A DNA stretch of 19,368 nucleotides from Blastocystis sp. Blastoise. Taxonomy: Eukaryota > Protista > Bigyra: Opalinata. A model generated the notes under the pieces. That model was not told the origin of the DNA. It worked only from the letters and a program-made list of their open reading frames with translations, and made no database searches. Of the stretch, positions 8,345-18,208 are shown piece by piece. Each line of letters begins with the position of its first letter. Position 1 is the stretch's first letter. The position numbers and the translations under genes were made by a program. The DNA lies in NCBI GenBank assembly GCA_039096225.1, contig JBBPEB010000010.1, positions 1-19,368 of the forward strand. The letters run 5' to 3'.

Positions 8345-8647
8345 TTAAGCATATAATAAATTAAATACACCTGTATTATTATCTCCTACTTCAATAGTGT
8401 AATTAACTAATAAAGATAAACCTATACAAGTTTCAGAAGCTGCTATAACTAAAATAAACATTGAATATATAAAACCTTCCATATTATCTAAATATACAGA
8501 AAATACAATAAATAAAATATTAACAGCTAATAAAATTAATTCTATAGAAATTAAAACAATAATTATACTTTTTCTATTAAAAATTATACCAAAAAAACTA
8601 ATCATAAAAATAGTTAAAGATAAAATAATATATTTTGCTAGATACAT
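8345..8647 (-). CDS. nad4L: NADH dehydrogenase subunit 4L
   Basis: 100 aa hydrophobic; [22 protein letters not shown]. Confidence 0.96.
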   Translation of the reverse strand: MYLAKYIILSLTIFMISFFGIIFNRKSIIIVLISIELILLAVNILFIVFSVYLDNMEGFIYSMFILVIAASETCIGLSLLVNYTIEVGDNNTGVFNLLYA

Positions 8648-9624
8648 AAATTATAAGGTAATAAATTAAAAGTAATTAATAAAGAAGCTACAAATAAAAA
8701 CCAACCTAAAGATATAGGTAATAATGATTTCCAACCTAATCTCATTAATTGATCATAACGAAATCTTGGAAAAGTGGCTCTTGTAACTACAAAATATGAT
8801 ATAAATATTAAACATTTAATACTTAACCAAATAGGACCTGGAATAAAACTCATACCAAATAAAGGTAACCAACCACCACAAAATAATATAGTAGTTAATA
8901 CACTCATAAATACAACATTACCATATTCACCAATAAAAAATAAAGCAAAACCCATTGCTGAATATTCAGTATTGAAACCAGAAACTAATTCACCTTCAGC
9001 TTCAGGTAAATCAAAAGGATGTCTATTACATTCAGCAAGTATAGCTACTAAAAACATAACAAATGCTGGAAATAAAGGTACCATATACCAAATATGACTT
9101 TGAGACATTACTATATCTGACATATTTAAAGAACCTGTTAATAAAAATATAGTTACTAATATTAAACCAATTGATAATTCATAAGATACCATTTGTGCAG
9201 CTGAACGTATACCACCCATAAAAGAATATTTAATATTACTTGACCAACCTGCTAATATTATACCATATACACTTAAAGAAGAAATAGCATATATAAATAA
9301 AGCACCTATATTTAAATCAGCAAAAACATAACCTTTACCTAAAGGAGTTACACTCCAATAAAGCATAGTACAAGTAAAAGTAATTACAGGAGCTAATATA
9401 AATAAGAAGATATTAACATTTGTAGGTAAAATAAATTCTTTTATCATTAATTTTAAACCATCGGCTAAAGGTTGTAATAAACCAAAAACACCTAATACGT
9501 TAGGAGCTCTTCTACGTTGAGCACCACCTAATATTTTACGTTCTGCTAAAGTCATATAAGCTACACCAATTAAAAGTGGAAGTATAATTAAAAAAAATTC
9601 AATAATTATGATTAAAGTATACAT
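8638..9624 (-). CDS. nad1: NADH dehydrogenase subunit 1
   Basis: [51 protein letters not shown]. Confidence 0.99.
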   Translation of the reverse strand: MYTLIIIIEFFLIILPLLIGVAYMTLAERKILGGAQRRRAPNVLGVFGLLQPLADGLKLMIKEFILPTNVNIFLFILAPVITFTCTMLYWSVTPLGKGYVFADLNIGALFIYAISSLSVYGIILAGWSSNIKYSFMGGIRSAAQMVSYELSIGLILVTIFLLTGSLNMSDIVMSQSHIWYMVPLFPAFVMFLVAILAECNRHPFDLPEAEGELVSGFNTEYSAMGFALFFIGEYGNVVFMSVLTTILFCGGWLPLFGMSFIPGPIWLSIKCLIFISYFVVTRATFPRFRYDQLMRLGWKSLLPISLGWFLFVASLLITFNLLPYNLCI

Positions 9625-9627
9625 TGA

Positions 9628-11748
9628 TTAATAGTTAGTTTTTTTTATTAAAGATTTAGAACATTCAGCCATAGTACGTGAAGCTCTACTTATATTATTA
9701 GTTAAATAAAAATTATATATTAAAGGACTAAATGTATAATTATTTACTTTATTATTTATAAAAGCATTATTTATAAATTTAGTAAATACAGATTCAGATA
9801 CATTATTATCATTTTTAAAATTAGGATTATTTCTCCATAAAGATGCATTAAATATATCAGAAGTATTTATTAAATCATGTTTAGAATTTACAATATAATT
9901 TTTCATATTATTATTTACTTTTTTAAATAAAATACTACCTAAAATATTTAATAAAGACCAATCTTCACGAGTATTTATTAAAGAATTTACACCACAATGT
10001 CTTGCAAATAAAGTACGACCTTCAGTATTTGTATAAGTACCATCTTTTTCTACAAAAGTTTTATTAGGTAATACTAAATCAGACATATTTATATATTTAT
10101 TATAATGATGACCTTGATAAATTACAAAAGTATTTGTTAAATTTTTATTTCTAATTATATTATCAAAATCATTATCTACATTTAATAAAAATAAACAATT
10201 TAAATCTTCAATATTTTTTTTATATTTAGTAGTTAAACTTATATCATATTTACCTACAGAACTTATATTATCATGTAATATATTAAAATAATTCCAATTT
10301 GTATCCATATTTTTTAAAGATAATTTTAAAATATTATTTAAATATATTACAGTATTATATATAGCTTTATTTATAAAGATATTTGAACCTATAATTAAAG
10401 ATGGTCTTTTTTTAGTTTGTAATACTTTACATAAATCAGATCTACCTTCAGTAAATTTTATTAAAGAATTTAAAGTAAAACCTAAATTATATGAAGGATA
10501 AGTTAAATTAATTTTACTACCTATAGTTATTATAGGAGTATTAGAATCTGTATATAATTTTCTTAAACGTATATTTAATACAGAAGCTTCTAATTTAGGA
10601 TTAGTACCTATTAAAATACACATATCAGATTTACTTATATTTTTTAAAGTTGTATTAAAACGATAATTTGACATTAAATCATTATTTATATTAAATAAAT
10701 CTTCTTTAGTATATTTATTAGAACAACCTAATTGATTTAACATATTTGACATCATAAAAATAGTTTCATTATCTAATAATTCACCAAAATAACAACCTAC
10801 ATTATAATTTAAAGTATTATTATTTAATTTTACTTTAAAATTATCAGAATTAATATTTGATTGTAAATAATTTAAAGCTTTATCCCAATCAAACATTTGT
10901 AATTTATTATTAATTCTAATCATAGGATTTGATATTCTTTGATAATTTAAACCATCATATGAAAATCTTATTTTATCTGAAATCCATTCTTCATTTACTA
11001 AATCATTATTTCTAGGTATAATTCTACTAATATTTGAACCTCTTGTATTTATAGTAATACTTGAACCTAAACCATCCATTACATCTATACTATGAGTACT
11101 TTTTAATTCCCAAGGACGATTAGTAAAAGCATAAGGTTTAGAAGTTAAAGCACCTACAGGACAAACATCAATTAAATTACCTGAAATTTCGAAATCATAA
11201 AAAGAATCAACATAACTACCAATTTCAGTAGTTCTACCTCTACCTATAGAACCTAAGCAAATGCTACCTGCTATTTCATTTACAAAACGAACACAACGAG
11301 TACAATTAATACATCTATTCATTACAGTTTTTATTAAAGGACCTTTATCTTTATTTAAAATAGCTTTTTTATTTATACCAAAATTTCTACCTTTATCTAA
11401 ACCGAAATAATAAGACATATCTTGTAAATCACATTCACCACCTTGATCACATGTAGGACAATCTAAAGGGTGATTTATTAATAAAAATTCAAGAACATCT
11501 TCTCTTAATTTAGATACTTGAGGTGTATTTAAAGATATTACTATACCTGGTCTTAACATGGTTGAACAAGCAGTAACAGGTTTTCTTTCTTTTTCAACTA
11601 TACATAAACATACACGACAATTAGCAGATATCATAAGTTTATTATGATAACAAAAACGTGGTAAAGTTATACCTAACATTTCTGAATGACTTAAAATACT
11701 TATATCTGTTTTATAAGAAGATACTATGTTATCTATTTTAGCTAACAT
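9628..11748 (-). CDS. nad11: NADH dehydrogenase subunit 11 (75 kDa, full length)
   Basis: Fe-S motifs PRFCYH..NCRVC, HPLDCPTCDQGGECDLQD, RCINCTRCVRF, DVCPVGAL, plus the C-terminal molybdopterin-oxidoreductase-like domain. Confidence 0.98.
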   Translation of the reverse strand: MLAKIDNIVSSYKTDISILSHSEMLGITLPRFCYHNKLMISANCRVCLCIVEKERKPVTACSTMLRPGIVISLNTPQVSKLREDVLEFLLINHPLDCPTCDQGGECDLQDMSYYFGLDKGRNFGINKKAILNKDKGPLIKTVMNRCINCTRCVRFVNEIAGSICLGSIGRGRTTEIGSYVDSFYDFEISGNLIDVCPVGALTSKPYAFTNRPWELKSTHSIDVMDGLGSSITINTRGSNISRIIPRNNDLVNEEWISDKIRFSYDGLNYQRISNPMIRINNKLQMFDWDKALNYLQSNINSDNFKVKLNNNTLNYNVGCYFGELLDNETIFMMSNMLNQLGCSNKYTKEDLFNINNDLMSNYRFNTTLKNISKSDMCILIGTNPKLEASVLNIRLRKLYTDSNTPIITIGSKINLTYPSYNLGFTLNSLIKFTEGRSDLCKVLQTKKRPSLIIGSNIFINKAIYNTVIYLNNILKLSLKNMDTNWNYFNILHDNISSVGKYDISLTTKYKKNIEDLNCLFLLNVDNDFDNIIRNKNLTNTFVIYQGHHYNKYINMSDLVLPNKTFVEKDGTYTNTEGRTLFARHCGVNSLINTREDWSLLNILGSILFKKVNNNMKNYIVNSKHDLINTSDIFNASLWRNNPNFKNDNNVSESVFTKFINNAFINNKVNNYTFSPLIYNFYLTNNISRASRTMAECSKSLIKKTNY

Positions 11749-11753
11749 ATTTA

Positions 11754-11767
11754 TAGTTATATAACTA
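11754..11767. repeat. 14-bp perfect palindrome upstream of nad11
   Basis: TAGTTATATAACTA, 5 nt from the nad11 ATG in the divergent nad11/nad2 spacer. Confidence 0.6.
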
Positions 11768-11853
11768 AAGTATTTTTATATTAATAATATTATATAAATT
11801 TTTTTTTATGAAAATTAATAAATTTAAGTAATAATAGCAGAATTATAATAATA

Positions 11854-13338
11854 ATGACTTTCGCATCAATATTTTTCGAAGAAATTAAATTTATTGTTCC
11901 AGAAATTTTTTTTATATTTTCAGTATTAACTTTATTATGTGTAGGTATTTTTTTATCTAGTAAATATTTAAATATTTATAAAAATAATTATAGAACACCT
12001 TACATTTCTACTATTATTAATAATCTATTTATTTTATCTTTAATTTTTGTAATAATTCTTTTATGTAAAGAAACTACATTAACTAGATTAATTTTTGATG
12101 GTATGTATACTATGAATTATGCTTTAACTTTAATAGAATTAATCATATTAATTATTTCTGTAATATACTTATTATCTATAAATAATTTTTTAAATACTGA
12201 TACTATGTATAATTATGAATATTTAATATTATTATATATATCTATATTTAGTATTTTATTAACTTTACATTGTAATAGTTTCTTACATTTATATATTACT
12301 TTAGAAATGCAAAGTTTCTGTTTTTATGTATTAGCTTCTTCAAGAAAAAGTAATTTATATTCATGTGAAGCTGGTTTAAAATATTTTATAACAGGTTCTT
12401 TAATTTCAGGTTTCTTATTATTTGGTATAGCTTTACTTTATGGTACTACAGGTTTAACTAATTTAACTGAATTATCTTATTTTTTTACTACAAGTTCTTT
12501 TGATAAATTAACTTTTACAGCTATTTGTTTTATTTTATCAGCTTTCTTCTTTAAATTAACCATAGCTCCATTCCATGTATGGGCTCCAGATGTATATGAA
12601 GGTGCTCCTAGTATCATAACTATGTTTTTTAATATAGCTCCTAAATTTGCTTTAATAGCTTTATTATCTAGAATTTTAATGTCAACTTTTTATGCTTTTA
12701 TAGATCAATGGCAATTAATTTTTATATTAGTATCTTTATTATCTATTATAGTATCTGCATTCTTTGCATTACAACAATATAAAATTAAACGCTTTTTAAC
12801 TTATAGTTCAGTAACCCATATAGGTTATATGATTTTAGGTTTATCAACTGGTACTATACAAGGTGTTCAAAGTTTATTATTTTATTTTATAGTTTATTTA
12901 ATAACTACTATTGCTATTTGGGCTATATTATTAATAGTTAATAATAAAGTTAAATATATTACTGATTTCGCTGATTTATTTAAAAACAATTATTTATTAG
13001 GTATCAGTTTAACTATTATAATGTTTTCTATGGCAGGTATACCACCTCTAGCAGGTTTCTTAGCAAAATTCTATACTTTCTTTGTATGCGTAGAAAATAA
13101 TGTTTTATTACCAGCTATATTTGCTATTGTAATTAGTGTAATTACTGCTTTTTATTATATAAGATTTATAAAAATAATGTATTTTGAATCAACTAATAAT
13201 AATTACGTTTATACTTCTATTAATAAAAATTTAGCTGTAATTATAAGTGCTTTCACATTAGTTTTAGTATTTTTATGTTTAAATCCTAATACTTTATTTA
13301 TAATAACTCATTATATATCTTTATTCTTATGTTTATAG
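11854..13338 (+). CDS. nad2: NADH dehydrogenase subunit 2
   Basis: LEMQS, EAGLKYF, FKL..APFHVWAPDVYEGAP, SMAGIPPLAGF. Confidence 0.98.
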   Translation: MTFASIFFEEIKFIVPEIFFIFSVLTLLCVGIFLSSKYLNIYKNNYRTPYISTIINNLFILSLIFVIILLCKETTLTRLIFDGMYTMNYALTLIELIILIISVIYLLSINNFLNTDTMYNYEYLILLYISIFSILLTLHCNSFLHLYITLEMQSFCFYVLASSRKSNLYSCEAGLKYFITGSLISGFLLFGIALLYGTTGLTNLTELSYFFTTSSFDKLTFTAICFILSAFFFKLTIAPFHVWAPDVYEGAPSIITMFFNIAPKFALIALLSRILMSTFYAFIDQWQLIFILVSLLSIIVSAFFALQQYKIKRFLTYSSVTHIGYMILGLSTGTIQGVQSLLFYFIVYLITTIAIWAILLIVNNKVKYITDFADLFKNNYLLGISLTIIMFSMAGIPPLAGFLAKFYTFFVCVENNVLLPAIFAIVISVITAFYYIRFIKIMYFESTNNNYVYTSINKNLAVIISAFTLVLVFLCLNPNTLFIITHYISLFLCL

Positions 13339-13407
13339 AAATAAAAGGATTCGAACCTTTGTATACCGATGTCAAAGACCGGTGCCTTACCACTTGGCTA
13401 TATTTCA
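13336..13407 (-). tRNA. trnQ(uug): tRNA-Gln(UUG)
   Basis: Reverse complement: TGAAATA-TA-GCC AAGTGGTAA GGC-A-CCGGT CT TTG AC ATCGG...AAAGG TTCGAAT CCTTT-TATTTCT-A. Confidence 0.94.
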
Positions 13408-13413
13408 TTCTAA

Positions 13414-13441
13414 GTTTTTTTAAGTTAATCCTTAAAAAAAC
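13414..13441. repeat. perfect 11-bp inverted repeat (hairpin)
   Basis: GTTTTTTTAAG-ttaatc-CTTAAAAAAAC between divergent trnQ and rps10. Confidence 0.75.
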
Positions 13442-13444
13442 CAT

Positions 13445-13777
13445 ATGTTTAATAATAAAATTTTTTATATCTATATAAAAAGTAATGATAATATATTATG
13501 TAAAAATTATATTTTAAAAATTGAAAATTTAATTAAATTTTTTAATTTTAATTATTCTTTAATAAATTTACCTACAAAAATAAAAAAACATACTGTTTTA
13601 AAATCACCACATGTTCATAAAAAATTTATGGAAACTTTTGAAGAACGTATTTATGTAAGTGAATTTAAAATAATTACTAAAGATACTCAAAAATTTATAT
13701 TTTTTAGAAAATTTTTAGAAAATAAAGTACCTTTAAGTATGAATTTAACTTTTAAAGAAATTAATATTTTAAATTAA
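13445..13777 (+). CDS. rps10: ribosomal protein S10
   Basis: LPTKIKKHTVLKSPHVHKK..ETFE. Confidence 0.95.
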   Translation: MFNNKIFYIYIKSNDNILCKNYILKIENLIKFFNFNYSLINLPTKIKKHTVLKSPHVHKKFMETFEERIYVSEFKIITKDTQKFIFFRKFLENKVPLSMNLTFKEINILN

Positions 13778-13814
13778 ATTTAGGCAAAGGTTAATTTACC
13801 TTATAAATAACACT

Positions 13815-14408
13815 ATGTTAAAAAAAAATATATTTTTAAATAATGTTTTATTAAATATAAAATATGGTAAATCACTTATGCATATGCTTCCAAATTATAT
13901 TTACGCTGTAATTTATGGTAATAATGAATTAACATTAGTAGTTTCTACTGAAAATTTAACTAAAGTTTTATATTTTTTAAAAAATCATACTAATTGTCAA
14001 TATAAAATTTTATCTGATATGTGTGGTGTAGATTATCCTGATAGATCAGCTAGATTTGAAATAGTTTATAGTTTATTAAGTATTGTTTTTAACAGTAGAA
14101 TTCGTGTAAAAATAAGTGTATCTGAATTTGATAATGTTAATACTATTACTTCATTATATAGTTGTGCTGGTTGGTTTGAAAGAGAAATTTATGATATGTT
14201 TGGTATTTATTTTTTAAATAATAAAGATTTACGTAGAATTTTAACAGATTATGGTTTTAAAGGTTTTCCTTTAAGAAAAGATTTCCCTTTATTAGGATTT
14301 AAAGAAGTAAGATATGATGATTTTACTAAATCTGTAAGATATCAAGATTTAGAATATGCTAATGAATATAAATATTCTACATTTAATAATAGTACTTGGA
14401 ATAATTAA
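13815..14408 (+). CDS. nad9: NADH dehydrogenase subunit 9
   Basis: DMCGVDYP, WFEREIYDMFG, DLRRILTDYGF.G.PLRKDFPL. Confidence 0.98.
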   Translation: MLKKNIFLNNVLLNIKYGKSLMHMLPNYIYAVIYGNNELTLVVSTENLTKVLYFLKNHTNCQYKILSDMCGVDYPDRSARFEIVYSLLSIVFNSRIRVKISVSEFDNVNTITSLYSCAGWFEREIYDMFGIYFLNNKDLRRILTDYGFKGFPLRKDFPLLGFKEVRYDDFTKSVRYQDLEYANEYKYSTFNNSTWNN

Positions 14409-14413
14409 ATATA

Positions 14414-14833
14414 ATGATACAAATGACTCGTTTAACACAAAAACCAAAAACAAAAAATTTAACATTTTATAATATAGTAACTCATAAACAAATTAAATCA
14501 AATAAAAATATAAATATATATATCAAATGTGATACTAATAATACATTTGTTACATATAAAACAAATAAAACTAGAATAATGTCAATAGGTGCTTTAGGAT
14601 TTTCCGGTTTTAAAAAAAAATCTTTTTATGCCGCAATTTCTTTAGGTAAATTCATAGGTGATGAATTAAAAAAACAAGGATTTACTAATGTTAATATCAA
14701 AATAAAAGGTATTCCTGTAAAATTAACTGGTATTTTTAAAGGTCTAATTGAAACAGGTATTAAAATTAACAATATTTATGATATTACACCTAAACCTTTT
14801 AATGGTTGTAAAAAAAGAAAAATTTATTTTTAA
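14414..14833 (+). CDS. rps11: ribosomal protein S11
   Basis: NNTFVT, SIGALGFSGFKK, I.DITPKPFNGCK. Confidence 0.93.
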   Translation: MIQMTRLTQKPKTKNLTFYNIVTHKQIKSNKNINIYIKCDTNNTFVTYKTNKTRIMSIGALGFSGFKKKSFYAAISLGKFIGDELKKQGFTNVNIKIKGIPVKLTGIFKGLIETGIKINNIYDITPKPFNGCKKRKIYF

Positions 14834-14843
14834 TTTTTTTAAA

Positions 14844-14927
14844 GGATAAATGACCGAGTGGTTGAAGGTGCCTGTCTTGAAAACAGGTATATCTATGATA
14901 TCGGGGGTTCGAATCCCTCTTTATCCG
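14844..14927 (+). tRNA. trnS(uga): tRNA-Ser(UGA)
   Basis: GGATAAA/TTTATCC acceptor, G73, CCTGT-CT TGA AA-ACAGG, long variable arm. Confidence 0.97.
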
Positions 14928-14930
14928 TTT

Positions 14931-16919
14931 ATGTATTTATTAATCGTTTTCTTACCTTTATTAAGTGCGTTTATTTCAGGTATGTTTGGTAGATTTTTAA
15001 CTGAAAAAGGAAGTACTATTTTAACTACAAGTACTATATTTATAACTTTTTTAATTAGTTGCTTTGCTTTCTATGAAGTAGCTCTATGTGGTAGTGTATG
15101 CTATATAGATTTATGTAAATGGATGGTTTCAGATTTAGTAAATATTAATTGGAGTTTTCAATTTGATACTTTAACTGTTACTATGCTTGTTGTAGTTACT
15201 TGTATATCATCTTTAGTACATTTATATTCTATAGGTTATATGCATGGTGATCCTCATTTACCTAGATTTATGTCTTATTTATCATTATTCACTTTCTTTA
15301 TGCTTGTTCTTGTAACTGGTGATAATTTTGTTCAAATGTTCGTAGGATGGGAAGGTGTTGGTTTATGTTCTTATTTATTAATTAATTTCTGGTTTACTAG
15401 AATTCAAGCAAATAAAGCTGCTATAAAAGCTATGCTTGTAAATAGAGTAGGTGATTTTGGTTTAATGATTGGTATGTTAACAGTTTTCTTTACCTTTAAA
15501 ACTTTAGATTATTCTACAGTATTTGCTTTAGCTCCTAATTTTAGTAATATTAACTTTAATTTTTTTAATATGAATTTTGACCTTTTAAATTTTTTATGTA
15601 TATTTTTATTTATAGGTGCTGTAGGTAAATCAGCTCAAGTTGGTTTACATGTATGGTTACCAGATGCAATGGAAGGTCCTACACCTGTTTCAGCTTTAAT
15701 TCATGCTGCAACCATGGTTACTGCCGGTGTATTTATGATAAGTAGATGTTCTCCTTTATTTGAATATGCTTCAAATGCTCTTATAGTAGTTACTGTTATA
15801 GGTGCTATTACTACTTTCTTTGCAGCTACTACAGGTTTATTACAAAATGATATGAAAAGAGTAATTGCTTATTCAACTTGTAGTCAATTAGGTTATATGA
15901 TTTTTGCTTGTGGTATTTCAGGTTATAATGTAGGTATATTCCATTTAGCAAATCATGCATTCTTTAAAGCTTTATTATTCTTAAGTGCTGGTTCAGTAAT
16001 TCATGCAATGAATGATGAACAAGATATGCGTAAAATGGGTGGTTTATTAAAAATTTTACCTTTAACTTATTCTATGATATTAATAGGTTCTTTAGCTTTA
16101 TTAGGTTTCCCATTCTTATCAGGTTATTATTCAAAAGATGTTATTCTAGAATTAGCTTTTGCTAAATATACTATAAGTAGTCATTTTGCTTATTGGTTAG
16201 GTACTTTATCAGCTTTCTTTACTGCTTTTTATTCAGTTCGTTTAATCTTTTTAACATTTTTAACTAAAACAAATGCTTATAAACAAACTATATTAAAAGC
16301 TCATGATGCTCCATTAATTATGGCTTTACCTTTAATTATTTTATCTATATTAAGTATATTTATAGGTTATATTACTAAAGATATGTTTATAGGTTTAGGT
16401 ACTAATTTCTGGAATAATGCTATATTTATATTACCAAGTAATACTTTTATATTAGAAGCTGAATTTTTACCATTCTTCTTTAAAATACTTCCAGTAATTT
16501 TAAGTATTTTAGGTGCTATTTTTGGTTATATATGTTATGGTTTCTTAACTAATGAAATTCATTCATTAAAAACTACAAAAGTAGGTATGATGTTATATAC
16601 TTTCTTAAATAGAAAATGGTTCTTTGATAAATTATATAGTGAAACTTTATATCAAAGTACTTTATTTGTAAGTTTTGAATATACTTATAAATTATTAGAT
16701 AAAGGTTTCTTTAATTTATTAGGTCCTAGAGGTTTATCTAATTTATTATCAAATATAAGTCATAATATAATTGAATTACAATCAGGTTTCTTCTATAATT
16801 ATGCTTTTGTATTTTTAATAGGTGTTACTTGTTTAATTTTATTAAATTCTACTTTTGTTTTAAGTTTATTAAAAATAAGTATAGTTTTATTAATATTTTA
16901 TATTATAATTAGAAAATAA
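14931..16919 (+). CDS. nad5: NADH dehydrogenase subunit 5
   Basis: Starts [10 protein letters not shown] at 14931 (the track's upstream extension is tRNA-Ser); [44 protein letters not shown]. Confidence 0.99.
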   Translation: MYLLIVFLPLLSAFISGMFGRFLTEKGSTILTTSTIFITFLISCFAFYEVALCGSVCYIDLCKWMVSDLVNINWSFQFDTLTVTMLVVVTCISSLVHLYSIGYMHGDPHLPRFMSYLSLFTFFMLVLVTGDNFVQMFVGWEGVGLCSYLLINFWFTRIQANKAAIKAMLVNRVGDFGLMIGMLTVFFTFKTLDYSTVFALAPNFSNINFNFFNMNFDLLNFLCIFLFIGAVGKSAQVGLHVWLPDAMEGPTPVSALIHAATMVTAGVFMISRCSPLFEYASNALIVVTVIGAITTFFAATTGLLQNDMKRVIAYSTCSQLGYMIFACGISGYNVGIFHLANHAFFKALLFLSAGSVIHAMNDEQDMRKMGGLLKILPLTYSMILIGSLALLGFPFLSGYYSKDVILELAFAKYTISSHFAYWLGTLSAFFTAFYSVRLIFLTFLTKTNAYKQTILKAHDAPLIMALPLIILSILSIFIGYITKDMFIGLGTNFWNNAIFILPSNTFILEAEFLPFFFKILPVILSILGAIFGYICYGFLTNEIHSLKTTKVGMMLYTFLNRKWFFDKLYSETLYQSTLFVSFEYTYKLLDKGFFNLLGPRGLSNLLSNISHNIIELQSGFFYNYAFVFLIGVTCLILLNSTFVLSLLKISIVLLIFYIIIRK

Positions 16920-16940
16920 ATTATTATTTTTTAATTAAAA

Positions 16941-17014
16941 GTCTGGATAGCTCAGTTGGTTAGAGCGAAAGACTGAAAATCTTTAGGTCAATGGTTCGAT
17001 CCCATTCCCAGACA
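16941..17014 (+). tRNA. trnF(gaa): tRNA-Phe(GAA)
   Basis: GTCTGGA/CCCAGAC acceptor (A7-C66 mismatch), AAAGA-CT GAA AA-TCTTT. Confidence 0.96.
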
Positions 17015-17017
17015 AAA

Positions 17018-17089
17018 GTCTCTTTAGTTTAGCGGTTAGGACATTACCTTTTCAAGGTAATAGTATAGGTTCAACTCCTATAAGAGATA
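17018..17089 (+). tRNA. trnE(uuc): tRNA-Glu(UUC)
   Basis: GTCTCTT/AAGAGAT acceptor, TTACC-TT TTC AA-GGTAA. Confidence 0.96.
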
Positions 17090-17090
17090 T

Positions 17091-17558
17091 ATGCAAAATA
17101 ATTTACAAATCAATATTACTAAAAAAAATGAAATTAAAACTTTTTTTATAAAATTATTAATGAAAAAAGGTAAAAAAGCTACAGCTTTAACTATGTTTAA
17201 TAATATTTTATTTTTTTTAAAAAAACTTGACCAAAATATAGATCCTTATTATATCTTAAATATAGCTTTATTAAAAGTAGAACCTCTTTTTGATTTAAGA
17301 ACAATTAAAATTGTTAAATCTAATATCAATGTTCCTATACCTTTAAATCATAACAGACGTTTTAAAAATGCTATAAATTTAATATTAGATACTGCAAATC
17401 AAAAACATTTTACAAATGATAATACTTATGCTCAATATATAGCTAATGAAATTTTTGAATCTTATCAAGGTACTAGTTCTAGTATTCAAAAACGTAATGA
17501 TATTCATAAAAAAGCTTATGAAAACAGATCATTTGCACATTTTCGTTGGTTCAATTAA
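17091..17558 (+). CDS. rps7: ribosomal protein S7
   Basis: LLMKKGKK..A, VPIPL, HKKAYENRSFAHFRW. Confidence 0.96.
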   Translation: MQNNLQINITKKNEIKTFFIKLLMKKGKKATALTMFNNILFFLKKLDQNIDPYYILNIALLKVEPLFDLRTIKIVKSNINVPIPLNHNRRFKNAINLILDTANQKHFTNDNTYAQYIANEIFESYQGTSSSIQKRNDIHKKAYENRSFAHFRWFN

Positions 17559-17645
17559 AATATTATTAAATTTAATTTTATGTTAATATTTTTAATATAA
17601 AATATTATAAATGATAGATTAAAAAAAAAATAATAATTATTATAT

Positions 17646-17716
17646 AAGAAAATAGTTTAATGGTAAAACATCGATCTCCAAAATCGAAGATATGAGTTCA
17701 ACTCTTTTTTTTCTTG
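17646..17716 (+). tRNA. trnW(cca): tRNA-Trp(CCA)
   Basis: AAGAAAA/TTTTCTT acceptor, G73, TCGAT-CT CCA AA-ATCGA; weak T-stem. Confidence 0.92.
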
Positions 17717-17746
17717 ATATTTAACTTTTTAAGTTAATTTACTTTA

Positions 17747-18121
17747 ATGACTACTTTAAATCAAATTATAAAACATAAAAGAATTAATAAAAAAAAATTT
17801 ACAAAAACACCATCTTTAACACAAAATCCTCAAAAAAAAGGTATATGTTTAAGTGTTTATATAAAAACTCCTAAAAAACCAAATTCAGCTAAACGTAAAA
17901 TTGCCCGTGTATTATTACGTAATAAAAATATAGTTAATGCTTATATACCTGGTGAAGGTCATAATTTACAAGAACATTCAACTGTATTAATTCAAGGTGG
18001 TAGACGTAAAGATTTACCAGGTATTCGTTATAAAATAATACGTGGTAAATTTGATTGTGCTGCTGTTTTAAATAGAAGAACTTCACGTTCTAAATATGGT
18101 ATGGCACAATTATCTAAATAA
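17747..18121 (+). CDS. rps12: ribosomal protein S12
   Basis: [37 protein letters not shown]. Confidence 0.99.
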   Translation: MTTLNQIIKHKRINKKKFTKTPSLTQNPQKKGICLSVYIKTPKKPNSAKRKIARVLLRNKNIVNAYIPGEGHNLQEHSTVLIQGGRRKDLPGIRYKIIRGKFDCAAVLNRRTSRSKYGMAQLSK

Positions 18122-18134
18122 AAAAAATGTAAAA

Positions 18135-18206
18135 TCTTTAGTAACTCAATGGTAGAGTAGATGACTGTTAATCATCAAGTTATTGGTTCAAATCCAATCT
18201 AAAGAG
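18135..18206 (+). tRNA. trnN(guu): tRNA-Asn(GUU)
   Basis: TCTTTAG/CTAAAGA acceptor, G73, GATGA-CT GTT AA-TCATC. Confidence 0.97.
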
Positions 18207-18208
18207 TA

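Noticed and set aside
8774-9097. 107-aa plus-strand ORF in the track
   Set aside because: Antisense shadow of nad1; GTG start and no motif.
14850-14930. 27-aa N-terminal extension of Nad5
   Set aside because: It is the tRNA-Ser(UGA) gene read in frame; the canonical MYLLI start is at 14931.
17584-17607. Inverted repeat TAATATTTT/AAAATATTA after rps7
   Set aside because: A/T-only and low complexity.
17646-17716. UGA=Trp genetic code
   Set aside because: The anticodon is CCA, conserved Trp residues use TGG, and all ORFs are full length under the standard code.
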